DNA of 64,000 nt, from NCBI RefSeq assembly GCF_006345805.1, contig NC_043006.1:80414001-80478000 (forward strand). Reading direction: 5' to 3'. This DNA is from Octopus sinensis. Lineage: Eukaryota. The position numbers and the translations under genes were made by a program. The notes below the pieces were generated by a model. That model did not search any database. It was not told the DNA's origin and worked only from the letters and a program-made list of their open reading frames with translations. Positions 39,783-52,464 of this stretch are shown here, piece by piece; position 1 is the first letter of the stretch, and the number at the start of each line of letters is the position of its first letter.

Positions 39783-40065
39783 TAATAATAATATTAGGGA
39801 GTAAATCCAAACTTACATGGGAAAATTAGATTTAAGATTAAATCCAATTTTATAGCATAAATATATATATTATATTAAATTAGAGATAAAACCACTATTC
39901 AGCAAATCAAACAGTGAAAATCATAAACCAATAAATAGAAATAAAATTAATTAATAAAAAATATATAAAATATAAAATTCAAAATTTAAAATATTTTAAT
40001 TAAAGCTAAAATTTAAAAAATTATTTAAATTAATAATTTATACTTATAAACGTTTAAATATATAC
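38431..40065. repeat. AT-rich degenerate direct repeat pair (~190 bp at 38431 and 39875), probably Penelope pseudo-LTRs
   Basis: TTAAATTAGAGATAAA.CCACTATT..GCAAATCAAACAG.GAAAA.. occurs twice about 1.45 kb apart; PLE identity is inferred. Confidence 0.6.
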
Positions 40066-40066
40066 A

Positions 40067-40110
<44 letters not shown>

Positions 40111-41189
40111 CATTATTATCCTTATGTTTATTGATATTATTATTATTATCATTTAAACATTTTTTTTATATTAAATATAACTATCAAAAAGTATTAAAAG
40201 TTTTATATAAGATAAAGAGGAAGACCACTATGACCGTTTCATGCCCATATACCAATTCGAATAGCAATAATTTAAATTCAATTAATAATTCGAATTATAG
40301 TAATAGTCAATCTCCAGGATAATTATAATATTTAAATAAATAATCAGAAATATTTAAACAATATTTCTTAAGCAATAAATAATATAATAATTCTTCTTAT
40401 AAGAATCTCTATTATCAAACTAGAAACTTAACGATTATGATTATGTCATACAATCGATTATAATGTTAAATATTAATTTTAAGTTTTAAGTATTAATTTT
40501 TAAGGTAATATTAGTTATAGTCAATATCTAATTACATAAATATTTTACAAAAAAATAACTATTCATATTATTAAATATATAATATTTGAATAATATATAA
40601 ATAATCAATGAAAATATACAAATGTATATAAATATTATAATTAGGATATAAAATTATCTCTATCAATAAATATATATGCACGTACAATAAATAACTAATA
40701 AATTAATTCTTCACTATTACTAATAAATTTATTAAAAAATTAAGGATGAAATAGATAATTGTAAAAAAACAATCAATCCGAAACGAATGCTATAACAAAT
40801 TAACAATCTATATATCACGTTAGCTAACTAATAACTTTCAAAAATTGTATAGTTAAAATATAATAATATAAAATACTTAATGAAATAGTCGATCCGTAGT
40901 TATATAGTATCAAATAAACACTACATATATATTTATGAATGGGAAGAATATTACTACCATTATCGATTTAAAAAGACAATATATAAGTTATAATAACAAT
41001 TATAAGAAATTAAAATAACTATCAGCAAATATAGTTATTTTAGAGTAAAAATAATGCTATCAAACATGTATATATATGAAACCTAACTTTAAACAACTCG
41101 TATAGCTGTTGTCGAACTATATATCTCTATGGCTAATTAAAGTCTTACTAATAAAAGTAAAGTTAATATCTAATAATTATATACAAAAA

Positions 41190-42240
41190 TTACTATAATT
41201 AGATCATTACATAAACATCGATATTTACATAAAAAAACAATATTATACGATAAGATTTTGGCAGTAATTACAGCTTGAAGTCTATGAGGTAGGGACTCGT
41301 TCAAATTTTGAATTGTTTGGAAAGGAATTTTTATCCATTCTTCATCTAAATCAGTCTCCAATTCTTGTAGAGGTGAATGATATCGACTTCTTACTTGTTT
41401 TTCTACAACGCACCTTAAATGTTCAATAATATTGAGAACTGGAGACTGTGTGCTCAGATAAGTTATTCCACTTCACTAGAATGTTCCTTGTGCCATTCAG
41501 TAACAACTTTAGCTGAGTGAATTGGTGCATTATCATCCTGAAAGATTGCATTTCGCTCCGGAAACAGTTCTGCAACCATAGGATGAATTTGATCAAATAC
41601 TATGCTGAAACAGTCTTGAGTAATTCTACCATGAAGGGAAACCATTGGGCCGGCGGAGTTCCTAGATATAGCCGCCCAGAACATCACAGATCCTCCTCTA
41701 TGTTTAACTGTGTGTGTCAAATGCTTCTTTTGTTGGTCTCCACTGGTATAGTTGGCCGGTGGTCGGAAATGCTGTAAACGATGACTCTTCCGAGAAAATA
41801 ACATTCTTCCAATGCTCAAAGGACAAATTCTGTAGCTTTTTACTCCACTCTAAACGCTTTGCAACATTTGGTTTTAAAAGTAGTGGTTTTCTGATTGCAT
41901 CTCTCCCGTGAAATCCAGCTTTGCGCAGCTCCCTACGAACAGTTTTTGTGGAACCTGGGATCTAGACGTGGTCATTAAGCTCTGTAGTAATTTTGGGAGC
42001 CGCACTTTTGTGTTCTTTTCTAACAGTTCGCATAAGAATCCTACGGTGCCTATCTGACATTTTGGTTTTCTTCCGGAGTTTTGTTTTGTAGAGGAGGTTT
42101 TGCACTCTTTTTCAAACGCTGTCATACATTCGAGACTGTACTCCTTGCTACACCAAACATTTCGGCTGTTATCGTTACGCTAGCGCCTGTCATACGTACA
42201 CCAACAATTTGACCACTTTGAACGTCAGATAGATGTGTCA
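41190..42240 (-). mobile_element. Second Tc1-family transposon pseudogene
   Basis: TVKHRGGSVMFWAAIS, AIFQDDNAPIH, EEWIKIP..LNESLPHRLQAVITAK; many frameshifts. Confidence 0.85.
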
Positions 42241-43022
42241 TTTTAATGAATTTTAATTACCTTTAATTACCTTATATACTATTATAGAAGCTTATCGTAT
42301 AGGTCGTAATTCTTGTTGTGTACTAATGAAGTTAAGGAAACATTATTTAATAATAATAAAATATTGGTTAATTACGTAGACGAGCGAAAAATTGAATGCA
42401 ACCATAAATTACATTACTTATATAAGTTTAGCGATTTTTCCGTATATATAAAACACTTTATTATGTTACTAATTTGCTGTAGATATAATTTATCTACAGT
42501 ATATAAATTAGCATGATATTTTATGTTGTATATTACATTATTTGAATACGTTTAAACTTGAATGTTTCTTAAATAAATGAATATATAATTTATTGAATAT
42601 CTATCAATTATAGTAATATAAATTAATGTAACTATATTATGAATATTTTACGCATTTTATTATTAATTGTTTCTACTTTAAATCTTCTACTAAATAATAA
42701 TTTATAGTTTTGCTTTTTGTTCTATTACTCTCTGATTCTAAAATCTTAAATATCGTTCGCGATTTTCATTAATATAATACATACTACTATATAGTTATTT
42801 AATTTTTTTATTTACGCAACGTCTTCACGAGATAAATTTATTATAAACGCAAAGGCCTACGTGTTTACATTTAAAATTCAGTTAACAGATTTTCTTAGAT
42901 GTCATGAATTTCTTGTTAAAACAATATTGTTGAATTTTGTTTGGCTTTGATTGTAAAAATATTGATTTCTATATTTTTATTTGTTAATTATATGCTATGA
43001 TACGTATACTTATTTACTTATG

Positions 43023-43086
<64 letters not shown>

Positions 43087-43090
43087 TTTT

Positions 43091-43179
<89 letters not shown>

Positions 43180-44264
43180 TTGTAATCTATAATCTTAACG
43201 TATTGCATATAATTTACATTGGGAAATAGTTTTGTAAGACAAAATCTTACCGAATAGGTAGTAATTGTCTTTACTTGTTATGTAATATTGCATTTAAATA
43301 AATATTTTTGATAATTATAGAAACTTTGGTTAATTCTATAAATGAGTGAAGTATTAAATCAAAACATAAATTGAATTAATCATATGATAAGTTAAACTAA
43401 TATTTGTGTGTATATATTTGAAACATTTTTCTATTTTTATTTCTCGTAGTTATAATTTGTAGTAGTATTATATATATAAGTTAGCATATAGTTTTTAGCA
43501 TATATTACATAATTAGAATAAGATTTAAAATTAGATGTTTATTAAATAAATACATAAATAAATAATTTAATGGACATAGATTAAATTATAGTATTTTAGC
43601 TTCACTTAATGTATATTATGTATTTTATATATGTTGTTTTAAATATTTTGTTCTTCTATAAGCTAAAATATATTTTCATAGATAAAATTAATATTTCTAT
43701 ATATTTATTCTATTTTAATTTACACCACGTTTTTAACGAGATAAATTAATTATAAACGCTAGGTCCTACGTATTACGTTTAAATATGTAGTTAACGGAAT
43801 ATATTCAATAAGATATTTCATATTTTTATTTTAAGATATAGTGTTGAATTTTGTTCGATTTTTTATTGTAAAATTACGTATTTTTATATATAATTTTATA
43901 TTTTCTTTTAAGATAATATACGTGCATTTATTTAATTATTTTATTGTTTTTATCTTGGACCTGATGAGTGAATATATTTAAATTGAATTGATTTTATTGT
44001 GAACAATTTGAAAATATAGCCAAGAAACACAATTCATATAATATGTATATTTTATTTCGTACTTTACTTAGTTCTAGGTCAATGTATTATCGTCTCATTA
44101 ATTTTTTTCTATATGGAATGATTTAAGTATATCATTGTTGAATTGCTACATGGTGGTTCTTCTATAATTTATATACATAAATTATATATTATGAAATTTT
44201 ATTTAGAATTACTAAATTGAATTTTCCCTGTGAGTTTTGAATCATATTACCTAATATTATTATG

Positions 44265-44331
<67 letters not shown>

Positions 44332-44339
44332 TATACATA

Positions 44340-44542
44340 TATATAAATTTAATCCAAACATGAAAACACAAAGTGAAAATACAACAATGCGAGGACGTGG
44401 AACAAACATAGTATTATTGGACGCTCAGGAAGGAAGGAAAGAAGGAGGGTTTAAAATTTCAGAAACATAGGAAAAGGAAAGATCCACAGAAGGGAAGACG
44501 GAGGAAAAAATCGCCAACGGTACACACACGGTCACATTTTGA

Positions 44543-44597
<55 letters not shown>

Positions 44598-44790
44598 CAT
44601 ATACATATGATAGATCGCAAAACACTACACGTTCTTTATTTTCTCTCCTCGTTTCTTTCTGTGTTCTTTTCTGTGGAAAATCGTAGGTTCGAAACGCCAA
44701 AGAATTTTTCACTTCCTGGGCTTTAAACTAATACATCTGTTTGTTGTCTACACCACCTGTCTTCGTCTTGTCTTGTAAATTCTCCCCCTA
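44340..44790. mobile_element. Two short, oppositely oriented Penelope-like terminal fragments with decayed hammerhead traces
   Basis: CTGTGGAAAATCGTAGGTTCGAAACG at ~44670-44696 resembles a collapsed CUGANGA/helix II/GAAA core; family identity inferred. Confidence 0.35.
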
Positions 44791-44831
44791 TATTTATGTA
44801 TATAGATATATATATGTATATATATGTAATA

Positions 44832-44887
<56 letters not shown>

Positions 44888-45831
44888 CATATTTAGATAT
44901 ACCTATACTTAGTTAGAAACTTATTAGCAGTGTAAATATACATGAGATACATTCGAACTTTTAATCCATCCATGGTATTTTGTCATAGAGTAACTTTCCC
45001 ATTATAGACACATATAGGTGCAAGAGCACCACTTAAGTTCTCAGAGTCCCCTAACCAGGCTGATGGAATCATACATTTCGGAGTTGTTATTTCCGCCTCA
45101 GTGCCACATACTGGAAAGTAAAGTGCCACAAACTGACAAGCGAAAGGTATCTGTTGCTATATCTTATACATGAGAAACAGTGAACATTTCAATCCAACTT
45201 TACACGGATATTCCCAGATGCTGAGACGTATGTATAAGCTATTTTTCAAACGATATCACGTAGGACCTTAGATGAATTGTGAAATTAACTGAGAAGAATT
45301 ATCAGGGAATATTTGTTTCGTGATAGAACTTTCTGCAAAGAGTCGGTCAGCTGATCCTTTCTTTCCCTTCATCTGAATAATTCACACGGCCAATTATGAA
45401 TTCTCAAAGACTACTTTTGCTTTGTATGTATTATGGATTTTCTCTCTCCCTAGATCTAACGAGTGAAACATTGATGGAAGCGACAATTAGCATGGTATTC
45501 TCATTTTTGGTATACTCATATTTGATGTCGTTTTGAACGTTGATCGATATACTACTTCATTGCACAAACAGCAATCCAGAGGACGGTGGGATGGTTTGGG
45601 TGGAATTGTCTCATTTACCAATTGAATAATGAATGACGCCTCTAGGATTTTGTTTTGGACTGCATTTCTTGATTCGGGAAGCAAAATTTTAGAGAGAAAT
45701 AACATACTTTAATGTGATGAGAGTTGAAGAGTTTATATGTATACCAAGTGGGTGGTAATTGGTGACTTATACGATTTAGTTAAACACCTAACTTATATAG
45801 TGTAATACGATGAAATCAATTAATTTCCTAA

Positions 45832-47739
45832 TTAGGAATGCATTTTGTACCAACATTTGCAGCACGATTCTTTGAAATGGCGTCTAACAACTTTCGTTGT
45901 CAAGAATGTAATACTAATTATTAAACCGAAATAAGCATTTCCAATTAAGCTGATATAGAAAACGTCGTGCAATTTGGCAATGGCACCTAATGGTATTATA
46001 TACCATGTTAATCCCATTATAAGGCTAAATTTAAAATAAATCATAATTCCTATATTATTACGTACCCCAAGATATTTTGATGAGTTTTTCCTAGCTAAAC
46101 AGAGACCCACGACTGTGACGATGAAAATCAAAGTATTCATTGATAAAAGTGTTATCAGCGGAACTCCAACAAACCACTTCGGAATTTCATTTCTATCATA
46201 CCAACAAAAATATCCGTCCGAATCTTCAGAAGAAATGGTCTGCGAATATATCAATGTTGCAATCACAAATATAAGTGGAGACATCCAAGCATATAAGGAA
46301 TAAAAGATAAATCTCTTCCCTTGTTTTTCAACAATTGGAAACTTTATAATTCCTGAAAATGTGTATAAAGCATCAAATGAAATAACATTCATCCAAAAAG
46401 CAGACGCTAACACGAAATAATGCAACAATGACTCGCCTATGTTGCACACCAAATGACGATCCGCAACAAAGTCGAAGAAATATAGAACCTCTGTTGCAAG
46501 TATTGAGAATAAAAGTCCAATGGTTAGTTTACCTGGTAATGTACGGAGTTCTGGTATACAGAAATAGACCATAATAGTGATGATTAGAGCTACACTGGAG
46601 GACCATATTCCCGTAAATAGAAGGTACACTTTAAGATCCATACCCACGTTTTTCCTATAATTATTTACACAAATACTAATACCTTGGGGATCTCGAATGA
46701 ATTCTGACTGGTTTAGCACTGTTCTGGAAGAATTCAGATAGATATTTCCAGCAAGAGTGAAAGAATACTCAGACTCTTTTAATCTTTCGGTGGTACAATT
46801 TACGATGAAACTAAAGTCAACTTGTCGGCATTCAATCTTCAGTTCGTCGTAAAGAAATCCAGCAGAACAATATGGCAATTCTTTCAAATATACTTTTTCA
46901 TTATTTGCATTTAATAGTTCAACTGTGTTATGATTATAGTTAAATATTGCTATTTGTCTATACTCCTTCTTTCCATGTGATATCTTTGAAGAGATCGTCA
47001 CGTTGCACTCAATATTATTAATACCAATATCATTACAAAATGCACAGTGTACGTTTCTAAAACTAGTCCCATTTGATCTGACAATAGCCATTGGTTCAAA
47101 AATACAAGGAGAATCTAAAGATATATTGGTAAATTTTGTGGGACAACTTGAAACATAATCAGTGCATGGATATTGGTAATTGCTAAAGTTCAATGGCGCT
47201 TCAATCGATACATTACAATGATTATTTCTCAATATGCGAGGGAAGTTTGATAAATCCATATCTATCTGATGATTGCATTTGTAGTGAACTGTCCATAATA
47301 TATATTCTTCATCGTTGCACAGAGCACAGAACAAATTCCTGTAAAGTCTTTTAGTTCGTTTTCCCAGAGCAGGTATGTTGTATAATTGATCATTTGCATT
47401 CAGTGTTTCACAATAGGTAAGGTGTTCTGTAACTGAATGGTTGCTTGGGCAGTGATCAAATAGAAAATAACTTTCTAATTCATTATCACTAATTTTCCTG
47501 CAATTATAATCCACTGATGAGATTCCATGGTCACTTATTGTTTCATTAATTACGTCTGAACAACATTCATTATAAAGATTACAATATTTATGACAAGAAC
47601 ATCTTCTTTGCAAACTTTCTGTATCACAAAGTGAAGGATAACATTCAATATTTTTCACCGAACAATATGAAAGCCGGATAACATGGTTTCCAAAAGCTAT
47701 CAGCAGAATGTGTAAGAGATTCCAGAAATGATGTTTCAT
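45832..47739 (-). CDS. Type-A receptor 2: paralog of 17170-19077, 635 aa, intact single-exon CDS
   Basis: Same length, same Cys pattern and 7TM motifs, no indels relative to receptor 1. Confidence 0.93.
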   Translation of the reverse strand: MKHHFWNLLHILLIAFGNHVIRLSYCSVKNIECYPSLCDTESLQRRCSCHKYCNLYNECCSDVINETISDHGISSVDYNCRKISDNELESYFLFDHCPSNHSVTEHLTYCETLNANDQLYNIPALGKRTKRLYRNLFCALCNDEEYILWTVHYKCNHQIDMDLSNFPRILRNNHCNVSIEAPLNFSNYQYPCTDYVSSCPTKFTNISLDSPCIFEPMAIVRSNGTSFRNVHCAFCNDIGINNIECNVTISSKISHGKKEYRQIAIFNYNHNTVELLNANNEKVYLKELPYCSAGFLYDELKIECRQVDFSFIVNCTTERLKESEYSFTLAGNIYLNSSRTVLNQSEFIRDPQGISICVNNYRKNVGMDLKVYLLFTGIWSSSVALIITIMVYFCIPELRTLPGKLTIGLLFSILATEVLYFFDFVADRHLVCNIGESLLHYFVLASAFWMNVISFDALYTFSGIIKFPIVEKQGKRFIFYSLYAWMSPLIFVIATLIYSQTISSEDSDGYFCWYDRNEIPKWFVGVPLITLLSMNTLIFIVTVVGLCLARKNSSKYLGVRNNIGIMIYFKFSLIMGLTWYIIPLGAIAKLHDVFYISLIGNAYFGLIISITFLTTKVVRRHFKESCCKCWYKMHS

Positions 47740-48384
47740 GCTGAATATATATTTTATAGAGCCACCTATAATTTAAAAGTAGTTATGTCTCATTACATTT
47801 GCAGCATCCAAAATTTGATTTAGTTCATGGTATATTCAGACTATATTTCTATTAGCAAATATGGACATATAATTAAGATTTACTAAATAATACGAGGATG
47901 ATCCGTTGAATGAAATACGTCACACTGTTGACTCTGTTAAAAGAAAGAAAGAATACATTAAGATTTTGTTTAACAAAAACTAGGTAATAAATTAATGTTT
48001 AATTTTCAGTATTTTCTAATATATCCATTGTTTGCTTCAGAATACTTTTTAATATGCTTCTTCTTTTAAGGCTCTGTCAATCTTTTATGCCTATATATCT
48101 GATAACCGAAACGATAGAAGTTCAATGGTATTGTATAAAATTTTGGGGAATATCTTTGTTTTTCCTACGTGAAATATTTTACTTCCATATTACCGTCGAT
48201 GGGCGCTCATGATAGGTGGGCGGTTATCTAAGCCCCCAAATAGTTTTGTAAAATAGAATTTTCCGTTTAACAGCCCTGGGCGAATTTTCGGAAAATCATG
48301 AGTATTTGCACCGATCCAATCCATGAGTGACAAATCACAGTGTGGAAAATTTTGAATTGGCAGCAAATCGGTGCAGATTAAAGA

Positions 48385-49000
48385 GGCGTCCACACGATCG
48401 ATACATGACATTTATTCCTAGAGGGCTAACATTAGCAAAAGCATGAGTAGAAGTAGCAGGAAAGAGTTGGGGCAAGGATGCCACCCTGCTTGACGCTATT
48501 CTCTACAGGAATCGTTCCCGCCATGCCACTACCAACATTGGCCCAAGCCTTTATCCCATCATGAAATGATTTAATTAAAGATACAAAGTGATACGGGCAT
48601 CCAATTTTGCCAAGTATTTTCCATAGTAATGCCCTATGTACAGTATCAGAGGTTTGGTTAAATCAAAGAATTCCTGGACAAGACCTATATTCTGCTAATA
48701 ACATTTCTCCTGCATCTGTCTTGCTGTGAAAATAATATCCATTGTTCCTTTACCAGATCAGAAACCACAATGAGATTCAGATAGAACATTTGCGAGGCAC
48801 ACATTCAGGCGGGTAAAAAGAATATTTGTCAGAACCTTGCCGGCAGGTGATAGTAGAGCAATACCTCTGTAGTTACCACACATTTTTCTGGTTCCTTTTC
48901 CTTTATAGAGAGGAAGAATAATAGCATCCTTCCAATCCTTAGGCATTGCACCATATCCACTAGACTACACTAATAGGCTCATGAAGGGACTGTATTATGT
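48385..49000 (-). mobile_element. RTE-clade LINE RT fragment (unit B copy, longer)
   Basis: PKDWKDAIILPLYKGKG..CGNYRGIALLSPAGKVL..LSESHCGF..TMDIIFTARQMQEKC. Confidence 0.85.
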
Positions 49001-49505
49001 AATCACCACCAAATCGTGAGTGGCAATCAAATGATTCAAGCAACCAAAAATAATTAATCTCTGAATCTTGTAACTACAGTTTACTTTCGGATATTCCTTC
49101 TCTTTTGATGTACTATGTAGAAACATTGAATGAAGCGGCAATTTGATAGTGTTTCCATTTAACTATGTACACTCATTTTTGATGCTATTTTCAGTTCATG
49201 TGATTGTTGGGTATGTAACTGTATTAGTTAGGCATCACTCTTGAGGGTGAAAGCGGCGTATATTTGTCGGCTACAAATTGATTGAGGAATTATATTTGCG
49301 GTGTTTGTGCTCGGGTATATTATTTCGTAGCGGGAGCATTATTTTTAATGGAGAAATAACATAAAAACAATATAACTTTTGACTGTTGAGGTTTTTTATG
49401 GTATTCTGAGCGTGTAGTAACAGATCCGTTAGGTGTAGGAAAAACTTGACTATACTTGTGATTTGTGTGCGGTGAAATGATTAAATCAAATTCATTTCAT
49501 GAATA

Positions 49506-51404
49506 TTATTTTGCTTCGTGAAATAATTTGCAGCATGCCTGTTTGAAATGACGTCTAACGGCTTTCGTTGATAAAAATTTAATATAAATTATTAAACCGA
49601 CATAAGAATTTAATGTGAAGCATATAGTGATTGCGTCATGCATATCGGCATAGCCAAATATTGGTATAAAAACCCAAGTGAAACCCACATTAAGGCTTAG
49701 TTTAAAATAAATCATAAATCCTGTTTTCTTACGTAGTCCAAGATATTTTGATGAGCTTTTTCTAGCTAAATAAAGACATATTACGGTAATGAAAAACATC
49801 AACGTATTATTTGATAAAATTGTTATTACAGGAAATGCAAAAAACCACTTGGACATCCAGTCCTTAAGATAACAAAGAAAATGTTCGTGCGGAAGTTTAG
49901 GAGAAATTGTCAACGAAAATAGCAGTGCCACTATCACAATTGCAAGTGGAGATATCCAAGCATATAAAGAATAGAAGATAAACCTCTTCCCTTTTTTCCT
50001 GCAAATGGAAATTTTATAATTCCTGAGAACGTGTACAAGGAATCAAATGATATGACATTCATCCAGAGGACTTGTGCTAGTACTAAATAATGCTCAATGG
50101 GTGTAATATAAAACACGGTATTTGAATTTTAGTATACGTGTTGATGAAGAAAAAAATTCGATTGCAAGCATGGAGAACAACAGTCCCATGATTAGTTTAC
50201 CTGGAAATGAACGGAGTTCTGGTATACAGCGATAGACTGTAATAGTTATGAATATTGCTACAACGGAGGACAATAATCCGATATACATCAGAGAAAATAA
50301 AAACCCTCTCTGCCCTCTTGTCTCATGATCATTTACACATATACTTATGCCTTGAGGATCTCGACTGAACTCTGACTGGTTTAGCCATGTCTGGGAAGAA
50401 TTCAGATATAGAAATCCATCACTAGTAAAATGATATTCCGATTCCTCTAGTCTTTTAGTTGTACAATTTAACACAGAATTAAATTTAACTCGTCGACATT
50501 CATTCTTTAGTTCAACATAAACAAATCCATGCGAACAAGGGGACAATTCTGTAATATAGTTATTTTTCAATAGATGCATATAATACTTCAACAGTGTAAT
50601 TATTGTAATTAAATATTGTTTCGAAAGTATACACTTCTATTTCATACGTCATTTCTCTAGACAGTTATGTTACATTCAGTATCATTAATATCAACACTGT
50701 TACAGATGGCGCAGTGAATATTTCTGTAATTAGTTCCATTTGATCTTACCATAGACATTGGTTCAAACATACAAGAAGACACTAAAGTTACATTGGTAAG
50801 TTTTAGGGGACAGCTTGAAACATAATCTGTACACGGATATTGGTAATCTTTAAAGTTAAATGGAGCTTCAATCGATACATTACAACAATTATTTCTCAAC
50901 ATTTGAGAGAAGAGTGATAAATCTATATTCATCCTATGTTTACATTTGTAGTGAACTGTCCACAATAGGTATTCTTCTCCATTACACAGAGCACAGAACA
51001 AATTCCTGTAAAGTCTTTTAGTTTTTTTTCCCAAAGCAGGTATGTTGTATAATCGGTCATTCTCGTCTGGTGTTTCACAGAAAGTAACGTGCTCTGTAAC
51101 TGAATGGTCGTTTGGAAGGCGGTCAAACAAAAAGTAACTGTCTGATTTATTATCGTTAATTTTTCTGCAGCTATAATCTGTTGACATTGTTCTATGTTCA
51201 ATTATCGTTTCGCTGATGACGTCTGAACAACATTCTTTATATAGATTACAATACTGATGACAAGAACATCTTTGATGCAAACTTTCAGCATCACAAGTTG
51301 AAGGAGAACATTCGAGATTTTCTACCAAACAATATGACTGTTTAATGACTTCGTACACAAAAGCAATAACAAATCTGAAAGAGATTCCCGAAGCGGTGTA
51401 CCAT
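49506..51404 (-). pseudogene. Type-B receptor 2: pseudogene with at least six frameshifts
   Basis: Versus 21737-23637: -2 in signal peptide (~51365), -2 at ~50660, +1 at ~50565, -1 at ~50152, -1 at ~50095, -1 at ~49995; DRCP changed to DRLP. Confidence 0.9.
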
Positions 51405-52310
51405 GTTGAATATTAATGTCGAATTCTCAAGTAGCCACCTATATTTTCAAATAATTTACACAACGAATTAACATTATATTTGATTTAATGTCAATCTATA
51501 TCGAGACTATTTCTTCTTGAAATAGTAACAAGATATTCCATTGAATGAATCGTTCAATAACTGTTGCATCTGTAAAAGATAAAAAAAACGAAAGCAACAA
51601 ATAAACGAAGACCGTATTAAGATGATTTTACAAAGGAAGCAGTATAATAAAGAAGAAAACTTGATATCAACTAACATTATAACGGAATTTCGTAAAGATA
51701 CATACTAGGCAAGAACGCAAAAAACGTTTTATATATTTTAAACAAAATTCGTAAGGTAAAATTTGAAATTAAATCATTTCGTAATGGTACAAATGACGTA
51801 AGTAGTAAATGTGGAAAACATTGGATGATTATGGTGACTTTAAATGGGATTTGTTTTTCGATTCTGTGGCTTCATCTCCGTGTTAGAATATAAGTTGCTT
51901 GTATTCTTTTGAATTCTCAGGCAAATCTCATATAAAGTTACAGCGTAACGAGTGAAAACTAGCCGTTACAAGTCCAGGACCCAAATGTTTGAATTTCCAA
52001 TGGATATTCTCATATCATAACTAATAACGAGTTGAGAATTTGGAAAACAAATACACGTCACTGAGAGTAGAATTTATAACCATAGATCCTTGCATATATA
52101 TAAGAACGCTTGTCACAAAATTGTTCATCCTGAAAACGACAGCCTGAGAAGGAGCAAGTTCTGGAATATAAGGGAAGTGCGACAGCAACAGTAGCGATAC
52201 CGTGGTCATCTTTTCCACGTCGCTGGTAAGCAGCATGCTCATTATTGTGCAACCTGTGAATACACTTTAAGCCCATTTTGAGTATGACGAGATCATTACG
52301 AATAATAATT

Positions 52311-52426
<116 letters not shown>

Positions 52427-52464
52427 TATATATGAATATATATATATACATATATATATAATAG

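Noticed and set aside
43948-43995. CCTGATGAG motif as a hammerhead
   Set aside because: No GAAA or helix II partner recognisable in the AT-eroded context.
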